Shown here: positions 46,764-56,287 of the stretch, piece after piece
How the letters are laid out: each line of letters begins with the position of its first letter
Position numbering within the stretch: the first letter of the stretch is position 1
Virus record (IMG/VR): IMGVR_UViG_3300045988_173816
Span: 192,001 to 256,000 of that record
Reading direction: 5' to 3' (one strand)
Source of the DNA: a virus
Length of the DNA stretch: 64,000 nucleotides
Notes under the pieces: model-generated
Told to the model about the DNA's origin: nothing
Databases searched by the model: none
Seen by the model: only the letters and a program-made list of their open reading frames with translations
Translations under genes and position numbers: made by a program

Positions 46764-47032
46764 TGAGTTATGAATATTCTAAATTGAAACAACCTTATTT
46801 GTTAGATATTTTGGAGTCTTATGTAGGTTCTAGGGAAATAACTTTCTTAGAAGGTTCAGAATCTACTATGCTTTACATTGGTGACTCTATGTTATTTTTA
46901 ATAACAGATGGTTTTGTGCAATATGTTAGTGGTGCTCCGAGTCATTTATCGAGACGCAATATAGATATGATTAGAGATAAGGTACAGTCAGCAGTTACTT
47001 TGTATTGTACAGTAGTAGGTGGTTCTACATGA
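46763..47032 (+). CDS. hypothetical small protein
   Basis: GTG start overlapping the upstream TAG. Confidence 0.5.
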   Translation: MSYEYSKLKQPYLLDILESYVGSREITFLEGSESTMLYIGDSMLFLITDGFVQYVSGAPSHLSRRNIDMIRDKVQSAVTLYCTVVGGST

Positions 47033-47655
47033 TTGGTACTTCAAGAGTAAAAAGACGAACGGTTAAAGCTTCTTACCGTCAGTTAGAAGAGCAGTTGCTT
47101 TATCATAGAAACTTTATGGGTCATTATGATATAACCATTTCAAACTATTGGGATGTGGTTGTTTGCAAACATCAACCTAGATATTCTAGTTACAGATTTA
47201 GTGCTGGTAATAGTCGTGTCGTTTGTCCTTTCCATGAGGATTTGAAACCCTCCCTCGGTATCGTCAAAGATGGTGAAACTGGCATTGAAATTTTTAACTG
47301 CTTTGGTTGTGGTGTAAAAGGTACAATTATTGGTTTTCATAAGTTGTTTGCAGAGCAATACTTAGGAGAGCGGTATCCGAATGGTTTTGGCTACTTACAA
47401 AGTTTAGCTAAACTATACGGTATTGAACTAAGTGATACTATTGTAGAGGTTCAAGAAGAGAAGTCTAAATTTGACTTTTCAAAAGCTCCACCTTATACAG
47501 TTGCTATTCATAGAGAAAATGTGGAGACTTTAAAAGAGAAGTTCAACCAAGGTTCTTTATCTCTAAATGGATTGAAAGAGCAGTTGACCTTAATTACCAA
47601 TAAGGTTCTCGAAGTAAAATCGTCTAAGAAAAGTACAGAAGGAGGAACAGTTTAA
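47029..47655 (+). CDS. primase zinc-binding domain protein (zf-CHC2), no TOPRIM seen
   Basis: VVCPFHEDLKPSLGI...FNCFGCGVKGTIIGF. ATGA overlap with the upstream gene. The remaining ~100 aa show no E...DxD signature. Confidence 0.7.
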   Translation: MIGTSRVKRRTVKASYRQLEEQLLYHRNFMGHYDITISNYWDVVVCKHQPRYSSYRFSAGNSRVVCPFHEDLKPSLGIVKDGETGIEIFNCFGCGVKGTIIGFHKLFAEQYLGERYPNGFGYLQSLAKLYGIELSDTIVEVQEEKSKFDFSKAPPYTVAIHRENVETLKEKFNQGSLSLNGLKEQLTLITNKVLEVKSSKKSTEGGTV

Positions 47656-48587
47656 TGTTTACATTCGATATGGAAGACTTTGGTGGCTCTCTTTGTTTTA
47701 CTTACTTAGATTACTTCAAAGAGGGTTCTGAGCGTTTTGGTTTAAACCGTATTCTGGCTTTAGACTTGTCTAAAACTTCCACGGGTATCGCCTATTGGAA
47801 CGGTCAAACTTTGGAAACCTTTAATTTAAAGAGTTCAATTAAAGATTTAGACAGTCCTTACTCAGTAGGTCTTCGAATGCAAGAGTTGAAAGATTTCTTG
47901 CTTGTGAAGGTTTTAAAAGGAGAAGTGGAGCTTGATATGTTGTGTGTGGAAGAAGCTTTGCTCGGAAACAACGCTAAGACCTCTTCTGTAGCTTACGCAC
48001 TCAACTTCACACTTGATTACTTGTTGGCAGAAGGTGTCTTAAAGACTAAGCGGTTCTTTAGGGTATCCAACAAAACGTGGAAAGCTACCTTGCGCTCAGA
48101 AACAGGTTTAGCACCATTGAAGAAAGCAATTTGGTCGAAAGATAGTGCTGAAAAAGAAGAAATTCTCTTGTGTTTACAAGAACTAGCACATCCTTGGGCG
48201 AACAAATGGAGAGAATATGACTCCTTTGAGGTATATTTGAAGAGTGGCTACCAAGACCAACTAGATGCAGTCGGTTTAGCACTTCATTGTGTGAAGATTT
48301 ATGGTTTAGACGAGAAACCGCAAGTGTTAAGTAGAAAAGCTACTGTTAAGGTTTATACAGATAAGGAAAAAGCTGAAAAATATGCTAAATTCCCAGTAGA
48401 ACACATTAGTGGTATCCCCAAAAATCAAATTCACACGTGGGTTGATACTTGTGGGAAAGAAGAAGTTGAGTCTAAGTCTTACATTTTAGAAACTCCTCAC
48501 CTTGGACGCTTTGGTGTGAAAGCAGAGGTCTTTGAAGAGTCTGATATGTATTACATTGTGGTCAATGTAGCTTTAGTTACAGTTTAG
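47655..48587 (+). CDS. RuvC-like (RNase H fold) nuclease
   Basis: ILALDLSKTSTGIAYW (D), LCVEEALLG (E), DQLDAVGLALHCV (D..D), in RuvC order. C-terminal extension. Confidence 0.6.
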   Translation: MFTFDMEDFGGSLCFTYLDYFKEGSERFGLNRILALDLSKTSTGIAYWNGQTLETFNLKSSIKDLDSPYSVGLRMQELKDFLLVKVLKGEVELDMLCVEEALLGNNAKTSSVAYALNFTLDYLLAEGVLKTKRFFRVSNKTWKATLRSETGLAPLKKAIWSKDSAEKEEILLCLQELAHPWANKWREYDSFEVYLKSGYQDQLDAVGLALHCVKIYGLDEKPQVLSRKATVKVYTDKEKAEKYAKFPVEHISGIPKNQIHTWVDTCGKEEVESKSYILETPHLGRFGVKAEVFEESDMYYIVVNVALVTV

Positions 48588-48645
48588 AAATAATAGCAGT
48601 TTAGTCCATTAGGGTACAACGCTTTGAGCTAGAAAGTAGGTCTAT

Positions 48646-48990
48646 ATGGCACTTGGTTCTAAGACAGAGTTGATAAGACAAGCTTTTCTCTATTTATTTG
48701 GAGAAGGTTATGAGAATAAATTAACAAAGTTCCCAGAAGATGAGGTCTTTCCTCAGACGATTAAGCATTTTGACCAACATGGTCTCCACTATTTACCTTC
48801 TGAGATACATACAGTTCAAGTTTCTAATGGTCAAAGTGAAGCACAAGTAACAGTTTCTTGTGCTATGTGTCATTTGTGTAGGTCTTTGTATGGTAAAGTA
48901 GAAGATATTCATTATGTTCTTGAATATCAACCAACACAATCAGGTCAAGCCTTGATTCATGGTTTGAATTTGAATGCAACAGAATTTTAG
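48646..48990 (+). CDS. hypothetical protein
   Basis: Clean ORF with a CAMCHLC cluster. Confidence 0.55.
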   Translation: MALGSKTELIRQAFLYLFGEGYENKLTKFPEDEVFPQTIKHFDQHGLHYLPSEIHTVQVSNGQSEAQVTVSCAMCHLCRSLYGKVEDIHYVLEYQPTQSGQALIHGLNLNATEF

Positions 48991-49009
48991 AAAGAAGTAG
49001 GTTTCTTAA

Positions 49010-49591
49010 ATGGAGCAACATGTTTCCAGTATTAGAGCAGAGGTTTTACGACAACTCATAGGGGTCTCCGGAGGTTGGTTCGTTCGTATTATCCTTGTTT
49101 CGCTTATGTTTTGGTTTGCTTTTTATGTATATGAGTCTTTGGTAGATGGTACACTTAGTGGTCGTTTATCTTTGCTGAAGCAAGCTCTCTTCAATGGTGT
49201 GAAAGAATTTAAAGTAAAAACGATTTCAACTGCACCTTTCTTGTATTTTCTAGTCGGTATGATGTTGCTAACTGCAGGTTACACGTTAGGTTACAACATT
49301 TCGACTAACTATATTAGTGGAGAGATTACCTTGATTACAACAGTCGCAAGAATTACCAATTTCTATGCTTTGACTGTTTCGGTTATTGAAATGATTTTAA
49401 CGGCATGTACGGCTTTGGTGTTCTTGTCTGCTGCAAGTTCTATTCGTAGAAATGGTAGAGAAGCTTATCAAGTAAGTACATTAGCTAAGTTAAACTTAAA
49501 TCTCTTAAAGTTTTTTAGATTATTTGGTATCTTAGCAGTTATTTCGCTTGGTATTGCTTCAATGGTCTTTTGTTATTTGGTGATTAAATAG
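49010..49591 (+). CDS. polytopic membrane protein (about 4 TM)
   Basis: Four long hydrophobic segments. A terminator follows. Confidence 0.65.
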   Translation: MEQHVSSIRAEVLRQLIGVSGGWFVRIILVSLMFWFAFYVYESLVDGTLSGRLSLLKQALFNGVKEFKVKTISTAPFLYFLVGMMLLTAGYTLGYNISTNYISGEITLITTVARITNFYALTVSVIEMILTACTALVFLSAASSIRRNGREAYQVSTLAKLNLNLLKFFRLFGILAVISLGIASMVFCYLVIK

Positions 49592-49625
49592 TAAGTGGTA
49601 GGCGCTTACTATTTTTCTTTTTAGT
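49590..49625 (+). terminator. rho-independent terminator
   Basis: Stem AGTAAGTG/CGCTTACT followed by ATTTTTCTTTTT. Confidence 0.65.
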
Positions 49626-49637
49626 TTATTTTAGTTC

Positions 49638-49666
49638 TTGCAAATTGCTATAAAAAATGATAAACT
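49638..49666 (+). promoter_or_regulatory. sigma-A type promoter
   Basis: TTGCAA (49638-49643), 17 bp, TAAACT (49661-49666). Confidence 0.5.
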
Positions 49667-49690
49667 AACAAAAAGTAAGTATATGAGAGG

Positions 49691-51079
49691 GTGGGTTTTA
49701 ATTTGCAAACAAAATTGGAAGTTTCCCCATTTCTAGGTATAGTACCTAATGCAATTGATATAGGTACTCGACTTAAAGAATTATTAGAGAAAAAAGAGCA
49801 ATTAGTAAGTAAACTGGATCGAGAGTTAGCCGAAGGTTCTTATACACAAAACCTTGTGGTATCGTATTATTTGTTGGAAAAAGAGTTACAATTTTTACGA
49901 GAACAGTTGTTACTTAGGTCTGAGGATACGTTATTAGGGAAGGATTACATTAAGTATCAAGATACTTTAAAAGCTCGTTTACCTAAAGGTGATTTGTATT
50001 TATTAGAAGAGAGTCAAAAGTCTACAGTTCTCCCATATTTAATGAGGTCAGAACCTTTTTACGAAGATTATGTGAAGTTGTTAGAATTAGCGGCACAAGA
50101 TAATGTAGAGTTATACTTGGAAGTATTTTTAAGTAATAACAAAGTCACTTTGGTTTATGAGTTTGGTTCATTTCAACGAGCTATTTCTTTAGAGGAAGGT
50201 AGAGAAGGTGTAGATTGTACACAATTGGTATTGCCTTACTTGGAACGTAGAGGTTTGACGAACTTAGTTGCTTTGTCTAAAATACCTAAGAGCGCAATTT
50301 GTGGATATATGTATACTTCCATTGTGGATGAGCATTTAACACCAAATATGAGTTATACAAAGTTAAACTTAACACCTCAGTTGATTTCAACTATTCGTTT
50401 CTATGCTTCTGATTATGTTGAATTTGGTTTGGACTTCCCAACTAGGGAAGTTGAGTGTAAATTCTTGGTTGATTTAGGTTTTGTTACTTTACCTTATATT
50501 CGATATAATTTAGAGTCAGGGCAAACCATTCACACCATCGTGGAGGACTGGGTATCCTCGCTTGAAGATTTAGCTGATGTTAGTGCATTGTCTACAAATT
50601 TACGAGTGAGTGTAGTTAGTCATCATAGCAGTCGCTTTAAAGAGTTTGGTTTTGATAGTGTGGTTGTAAATCCAATTTTGTGGTCTATAAATCCTCAGAA
50701 AGCGAAGTTACAATACATTCATTGGAAACAGACTTTAGAAGGCTTGAGACCTTTTGCAGTAGTTTCTTATCTTGATGTAACTTCTCAATTAGAAGTACAA
50801 GGGAAATTGTATAGAGGGTTTTATGAGTTTGCGACAAGTCAAGAGACGTTGTTGAGTAAAGCTTTAGACTTAGGTGTATATATAAAAAATAATGAAGACT
50901 TAGGGGTAGAGGTTTTAGGTGATAAAGTGTTAGAATTGCCTTTAGATAGCCCATTGGACATTCTAGTGCTAGGTTTAAAACCAGAGAGTTCGATTTACTT
51001 TTGGTCAGCGCCAGAGTTAGGTATAACTACGGTGTGTGACTCATTAGGTAGAACTGTAAGTCAATTGTTAAGAAAGTAG
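49691..51079 (+). CDS. NAD-dependent DNA ligase (LigA)-like protein with degenerate catalytic motifs
   Basis: By-eye alignment to E. coli LigA as remembered. LEVFLSNNKVTLVYEFGSFQRAISLEEGREGVDCTQ aligns with [37 protein letters not shown], so KxDG is lost. IRFYASDYVEFGL...FLVDLGFVTLPY aligns with LTFFCYGVGV...LLQFKKWGLPV. An OB-like region follows. No Zn finger, HhH or BRCT. Confidence 0.45.
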   Translation: MGFNLQTKLEVSPFLGIVPNAIDIGTRLKELLEKKEQLVSKLDRELAEGSYTQNLVVSYYLLEKELQFLREQLLLRSEDTLLGKDYIKYQDTLKARLPKGDLYLLEESQKSTVLPYLMRSEPFYEDYVKLLELAAQDNVELYLEVFLSNNKVTLVYEFGSFQRAISLEEGREGVDCTQLVLPYLERRGLTNLVALSKIPKSAICGYMYTSIVDEHLTPNMSYTKLNLTPQLISTIRFYASDYVEFGLDFPTREVECKFLVDLGFVTLPYIRYNLESGQTIHTIVEDWVSSLEDLADVSALSTNLRVSVVSHHSSRFKEFGFDSVVVNPILWSINPQKAKLQYIHWKQTLEGLRPFAVVSYLDVTSQLEVQGKLYRGFYEFATSQETLLSKALDLGVYIKNNEDLGVEVLGDKVLELPLDSPLDILVLGLKPESSIYFWSAPELGITTVCDSLGRTVSQLLRK

Positions 51080-51085
51080 GTTCAT

Positions 51086-52726
51086 GTGGATAAAGATAAT
51101 TTGTGGGGAGATTTGGATGACTTAGAGGTTGGTGTATCTTTGAGTCAAGAACAAGCTCCAGTAGGAGAAGAAGTAGCACCTTATTCAGAAGTTGGAGAAG
51201 AAGTTGTAGAGTGGTCACCAGAAGTCTCAAAATCGCCCAGTTTCGATTTAGAAGAAGTAGGTGGGGAAAATATAACCTCAGAAGAAGAACGCGATACAGA
51301 GCAAAGAGGAGCTTCTGAGAGCATTTCTGATTTAGATGAACTAGAGGTAGAAATACCAGTAGATATTGTAGGGGTCTCAGAAACTTCTTCGGTACTTAGT
51401 CCATTTGAGGATATTGATAAGATTTTAAGTGGGTTGAAGTACGACCGAGAGTTGCGTATGGACTTACCGATTGAGTCTATTGTAATTACGGAGTTTGATA
51501 AGAAAGCTCGTTTTGCAACTAAGAATGGTTTGACTGCATCGATTGAAGACTTTGGTAGGGTTTTAAATCCTATTGATGTCTTGGCTTTGCCCTCGGTAGA
51601 TGGCGAAGAAATCGAAATGTATACATTGATTTCAGGTCTTCGTCGCGTTTATGGGGCTTCAAGAAATGGTTACAAGACTATACCAGCTTTTGTGTGGCAC
51701 TTTGCAGACTATGAGAAAGCACAACGTTTAGTTCCTTTACTTGGTTTGATTTTAAATAAGCAGCAACAACATAGTTATCAAGAAATTTGGAACGGACTGT
51801 CTACCTTGGAACATGAGTATGGTTTAAAATTCTCTCAAATTGAGCGCTTGTACCCTTATTTGGAGAGTGGAGATATTCTGAAATTGAAAGAGGTCTGCAG
51901 TGAGTCAGATACTTACCCAGAGCCTATGACTGAGTTGTTTGCAGGTAAGTACACTTTAGATAAGGCTTACAAGGAGTTGGTAAAACAACGAAAAGAGCGT
52001 GATGTACTTGAGGAAGAAGACCATAAAGGTATCCTTTCTTCGACTGAGCTTGGTAAAGAAGCAGTAGTCTCTGGGGAAGATGGAGGTTCAAGCTCTGAGA
52101 GTGGTTCAGAAGAGAGTGAAAACTCAGGTAACAACAAACTGAGCGCCCAAGAAGTAGATGAACTTCTTGAATTGGCTGATAACTCTATGGATAATTTAAC
52201 TTTGGAAAGTGCTTTAGAACAAGCAGATGCAGTCGATAAGGGTATTGTTCAAGACCGTAAAGGTGACGGAGATGATGATTTAACACCAGAGGTTAAGAAC
52301 AAGATTAAAGCTCGCGATAAAATGGTTTGTCAGTGCTGTTCTAAAGACAAGGTTGAAAACCAAGGTGCTTTCTTATCTCAGTTGGTTGTTCACCACAAAG
52401 TACCTGTTCACGCTGGTGGAACAGATGATGAAAAGAACTTGATTACCTTGTGTATTGGTTGCCACCACTTATTGCACACTATGGAGAAAATGGGTACTTT
52501 GACTACAGACAAAGAGCATTTAGACACTATGGATGAAGAGTTCCGTAGACGGATTTTAAATGCTTGGTCTCTTGCTTATATTGCGATTAAAGCAGGTGAG
52601 AAGAAAGGTTATTCTCGTAAGGAAAGAGCTAAGAAAGCTCAAGAAAGTCTAGGTCATAAATTCCCCGGACAAGATATTAAGAATGACTTAGCTTTAAGAA
52701 CTGCGTTAGATGTAAGTTCTAAATAA
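51086..52726 (+). CDS. ParB-like nuclease domain / HNH endonuclease fusion protein
   Basis: Acidic N-terminus. ParB-like LPIESIVITEF...LISGLRRVYGA. C-terminal HNH CQCC...VVHHKVPVHAGGTDDEKNLITLCIGCHHLLH. Confidence 0.75.
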   Translation: MDKDNLWGDLDDLEVGVSLSQEQAPVGEEVAPYSEVGEEVVEWSPEVSKSPSFDLEEVGGENITSEEERDTEQRGASESISDLDELEVEIPVDIVGVSETSSVLSPFEDIDKILSGLKYDRELRMDLPIESIVITEFDKKARFATKNGLTASIEDFGRVLNPIDVLALPSVDGEEIEMYTLISGLRRVYGASRNGYKTIPAFVWHFADYEKAQRLVPLLGLILNKQQQHSYQEIWNGLSTLEHEYGLKFSQIERLYPYLESGDILKLKEVCSESDTYPEPMTELFAGKYTLDKAYKELVKQRKERDVLEEEDHKGILSSTELGKEAVVSGEDGGSSSESGSEESENSGNNKLSAQEVDELLELADNSMDNLTLESALEQADAVDKGIVQDRKGDGDDDLTPEVKNKIKARDKMVCQCCSKDKVENQGAFLSQLVVHHKVPVHAGGTDDEKNLITLCIGCHHLLHTMEKMGTLTTDKEHLDTMDEEFRRRILNAWSLAYIAIKAGEKKGYSRKERAKKAQESLGHKFPGQDIKNDLALRTALDVSSK

Positions 52727-52744
52727 AATTTAAACATAGAATAG

Positions 52745-52775
52745 GGTATGCGGGATTTTTCTGCGTACCTTTTTT
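52745..52775 (+). terminator. rho-independent terminator
   Basis: Stem GGTATGC/GCGTACC (one G-U pair) followed by TTTTTT. Confidence 0.55.
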
Positions 52776-52813
52776 GATAAGTGGTAGATTAAATCGAAAG
52801 GTTTTACTTAGTC

Positions 52814-55507
52814 ATGAAATTACATAAAAATTTACTGCGAGAGCGTTTTGCAAATGGTGTTGGGGTATCATTGACTTACAACCCAACTAACGGTGAGCGT
52901 TTTATCAAGTCTTTGTTTAATGCTTTAAATAAGACAAATACTGACAGAGCTTTTGTAATCGATGATGTTATGCAAAAGTTAGTCACTTACTTTGATAAGA
53001 AAAACTTGGATTTTTTCAGCACTGAAACAGGTGGGAAACAACCAGACTTGGAACTCCGCCAGATTGGTGTAGTGTATCGTCATTCTCCAAATGAAGTTCC
53101 TACTATGGAGTTGAACTCTGATGAGAAAGTTTGGAGTGAAGAAAAACGTGAGTCTTATGTAGGACAGATGAAGAAATTTGCCATGAATGCATATTACAAT
53201 TGTGAAAATGGCATTTTCTATACTTATGTTTATGGCTGGTTCAATAAAGAGAAAGAAGACTACAATCATATTTTCTTTATTAGTAATGATGCAGAACCAA
53301 AAACTCGCTCTTCTCACTATAAAACGCTTGTCCAAAAACTTTCTATCACTCGTTCAACTGGTTTTAATTACTTCTTTAAGTATAGGTTTAGTATTTACTA
53401 TGCCCCACAACTGTCCTCAGTTTTGGACTTCTTAGATCTGATTACAAAAGAAGTTGTAGCTACAAAGTTGAAGAGTTGGGTAGATTTTAACTCACAACAA
53501 TTTATAGCAGGCTATGATGCTTCTAAAAACAAAGCTAGTTACACAACTCGGTATCCAAACTTACCTCAAGACCGTCAAAGTAAAGAGTTTAAAGAGGTTG
53601 TTAACCAGAGTTCGCTTGACTTGATTTATAAAGCATTTATGCGTAGTTTGGCAAATTATTTGATGGGTTCCCCTGCTAAGAACAAAACCATGCTTAAAGT
53701 CATGGCAGAGTATTTATATGAGTTATACTTAGATGACTTTAATATTACTCTTATGGAAGAGTATGATAGAGTTCAAAAGTCGGACTACGCTAAGTCTTTT
53801 GAAACAAAGCGTAACATCCCAACTAAAATTCAAGCTGCTATGGATTCAACGAAGTTCTTAGAGTATGGTTTCGGCTTTGTGGAGTTCGATGAACAGTTTG
53901 ACTTAGAGAAATTACCTGATATTGAAGAACAATGGGGTTTAATTCACAAAGCTTTACCACATTCAGAACAAAAACCAGAGTTACGTTTCCGTAAGATTGA
54001 GCATCGGAAAGCTCACGGTGTCTATTTCCCAGCTTTTGACTGTATTACGATTAGTGTTCGTAATGTAAATTCTATGCTTCACGAATATGGACACCATATT
54101 GATTTTACTTACGATAAAGACCAAAACTTATCTATGTCTGACGAGTTCCGTCCACTCCTTAAAGGGTATCAGAAAAATCTCTCGGACGGTGGAGTTTATA
54201 AAGGTTCTATGTTGAATTACTTCTTAACTCCTACTGAGGTTTTCGCACGTGCTTTTGAAATTTACTGTGTGACGGTACTGCCTAGAGTGAGCTTTACTGA
54301 GAGTTTAGCTGACTATGACCATAAATTTGAATACCAATGGTTGATTCTACATACGGAAGAAGTATTGACTTACTTTGATAGTAAGTTCCCACACATAAGA
54401 GAAGAAGTAGCTAACATTCAACAAAATGAAAAATTTTCTACTTTAACGTATTTAACTGAGGGTACAAAAGAAGAAGAGCTTGCACCAAATCAAGTAAAAG
54501 CAGGTGGTTTTACTATTACGATTGAAGAGGGTGCAGGTAAGTCTGCTCTTGAAGGTAAAGAGTTAATTCCAATAGGTCGAGATAGTAACGGTATTTTAAC
54601 ACATGCAGTTGTAGATAAACCAAGTAAACAAGCAGAGGACTTATACAACGGTATCTCTATCTCAGATGAGATTTTAGATGAGGACATGTTTGAAGAAGTA
54701 GCTTTCCTACTTGACCCAGTCTCTTTTTCTGATGGAACTACCTTTGGTGGGGTTGTTTATTTAGTTAAACAAGATAAAGGTGTTGTTTATCAAACATTTA
54801 GAGCAACTGATAGAGATTTTGCAACTATTGAGAATTTCATTACTGTATTGCATGAAGATAATGATTATTCTGCTGAAAAGAGTTACTTGGTTGTTAGAAG
54901 TCTATTGACTGAAAAAGCTCAGAAACATGGACTTAAGGTTCAATCAGTAACTAAAGGTATCGCTTCTCTACGTTTTTCTGATTTTAAGGATGTAGACTTT
55001 GGCACAAGTCCAGAGGATAGAGTTACAGCAGTAAATAAGTTAATGGGTAATTTAGTTAAGTCTTATGCAACTTACTTAGAGAAGAAGTCACAACGAGCTA
55101 ATGATAGAAAGTTGAAAGACTTATTCAAGAAGAAAGCTCATGAAGAGATTGCGAAAGACAGAGATATTTTCGGAGAATCTTGGAATTTTGACTTTGTACT
55201 TTCAGAGTACGATGAAGCAATTTTTGTAGAACAATTACCTAATAATAAAGAATTGGTTAAGAAACATGCTCAACTTGTAGATGAACTATTTATTTATTTG
55301 TACCCAGATTTGGGTGGTTCTCACTCGGACTATATGAGTAGTGCAGTATACAAAGCTTTGGTCGATAATGATTTGTGTGTGCATCTTTATTTAGAGGGTG
55401 AATTACGAGAATTGGTTAAAGCTAAAATTAACGAAACGGCTTTAAATCCAGGAAGAACATTTAGTAGACTAGCTGAGTTAGGTTTAGACTTAACTGTTGG
55501 GGTGTGA
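52814..55507 (+). CDS. 897-aa multidomain protein with zincin (HExxH) metallopeptidase-like domain
   Basis: NSMLHEYGHHIDF plus a downstream TPTEVFARAFEIY. The size and context resemble polyvalent proteins of conjugative elements. Confidence 0.5.
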   Translation: MKLHKNLLRERFANGVGVSLTYNPTNGERFIKSLFNALNKTNTDRAFVIDDVMQKLVTYFDKKNLDFFSTETGGKQPDLELRQIGVVYRHSPNEVPTMELNSDEKVWSEEKRESYVGQMKKFAMNAYYNCENGIFYTYVYGWFNKEKEDYNHIFFISNDAEPKTRSSHYKTLVQKLSITRSTGFNYFFKYRFSIYYAPQLSSVLDFLDLITKEVVATKLKSWVDFNSQQFIAGYDASKNKASYTTRYPNLPQDRQSKEFKEVVNQSSLDLIYKAFMRSLANYLMGSPAKNKTMLKVMAEYLYELYLDDFNITLMEEYDRVQKSDYAKSFETKRNIPTKIQAAMDSTKFLEYGFGFVEFDEQFDLEKLPDIEEQWGLIHKALPHSEQKPELRFRKIEHRKAHGVYFPAFDCITISVRNVNSMLHEYGHHIDFTYDKDQNLSMSDEFRPLLKGYQKNLSDGGVYKGSMLNYFLTPTEVFARAFEIYCVTVLPRVSFTESLADYDHKFEYQWLILHTEEVLTYFDSKFPHIREEVANIQQNEKFSTLTYLTEGTKEEELAPNQVKAGGFTITIEEGAGKSALEGKELIPIGRDSNGILTHAVVDKPSKQAEDLYNGISISDEILDEDMFEEVAFLLDPVSFSDGTTFGGVVYLVKQDKGVVYQTFRATDRDFATIENFITVLHEDNDYSAEKSYLVVRSLLTEKAQKHGLKVQSVTKGIASLRFSDFKDVDFGTSPEDRVTAVNKLMGNLVKSYATYLEKKSQRANDRKLKDLFKKKAHEEIAKDRDIFGESWNFDFVLSEYDEAIFVEQLPNNKELVKKHAQLVDELFIYLYPDLGGSHSDYMSSAVYKALVDNDLCVHLYLEGELRELVKAKINETALNPGRTFSRLAELGLDLTVGV

Positions 55508-56178
55508 AGATGAGAATTTATAAAACTTATAGAAATAGCAGTGGTGAAGTTTTAAAGATTGTTTACGATGAAGATGCAAGTAACCCTTTATCGAATGCAG
55601 ACACTTTGTTCAACTTATATACTTGGTCTCGTAAATATAATTCTATTCAAGTTAATCCATATCGTACTATGGAAGAGTTTATAGATACTTATTTAGGTGA
55701 AGGTTCTTTTGCTAGATACAGAGAGAAGTGTATTGACTCAGGTTTAAATTCCGTAGGATTTGCGAAAGTCCTTTGTGAGCAACTAAGACAGCGTAAGGGT
55801 ATCCTCGCTTTTCCTATTCTTTCTTACAATCATGGTGATATTCAATACTATTTAGGTGATAATATTGACCGTTGGGATGGTGCAGTTTCAGGCTTTGCTT
55901 GGGTTGCTAAATATAAGGTTTATCAAGAGTTTGGTGTCTCAAAGATTAGCTCTAAATTAACAGAGCATTTAAAATCGCACATTACTAGTGATTTAGACTT
56001 TTACAATAAATATGTTAGAGGTGATTCTTATGGTTTTGAACTTTATGGTTCTGATGGTAAGTTCTTAGACTCAGGTTATGGTATATATGATCAAGAAGAT
56101 GAACCAGACTATCTGTTCAACACAATTTTAAGTTTTTTGAGTACAAAAGATAAGTCTTTTGTTGAAGTTAATGATTAA
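55504..56178 (+). CDS. hypothetical protein
   Basis: GTG at 55504 overlaps the upstream stop. ATG at 55510 is an alternative. Confidence 0.55.
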   Translation: MKMRIYKTYRNSSGEVLKIVYDEDASNPLSNADTLFNLYTWSRKYNSIQVNPYRTMEEFIDTYLGEGSFARYREKCIDSGLNSVGFAKVLCEQLRQRKGILAFPILSYNHGDIQYYLGDNIDRWDGAVSGFAWVAKYKVYQEFGVSKISSKLTEHLKSHITSDLDFYNKYVRGDSYGFELYGSDGKFLDSGYGIYDQEDEPDYLFNTILSFLSTKDKSFVEVND

Positions 56179-56208
56179 AGAGAGGTTTACCTCTCTTTCT
56201 TTTTCTTA
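56179..56208 (+). terminator. rho-independent terminator
   Basis: Stem AGAGAGG-TTTA-CCTCTCT followed by TTCTTTTTC. Confidence 0.7.
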
Positions 56209-56223
56209 CATTCAAGAAAGTTA

Positions 56224-56252
56224 TTGCAAATACTTTTTAGTTTTGTTATAAT
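56224..56252 (+). promoter_or_regulatory. sigma-A type promoter
   Basis: TTGCAA (56224-56229), 17 bp, TATAAT (56247-56252). Confidence 0.6.
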
Positions 56253-56287
56253 AACTCTATTATGAAAATTTAGGAGGTCTTGATTTT

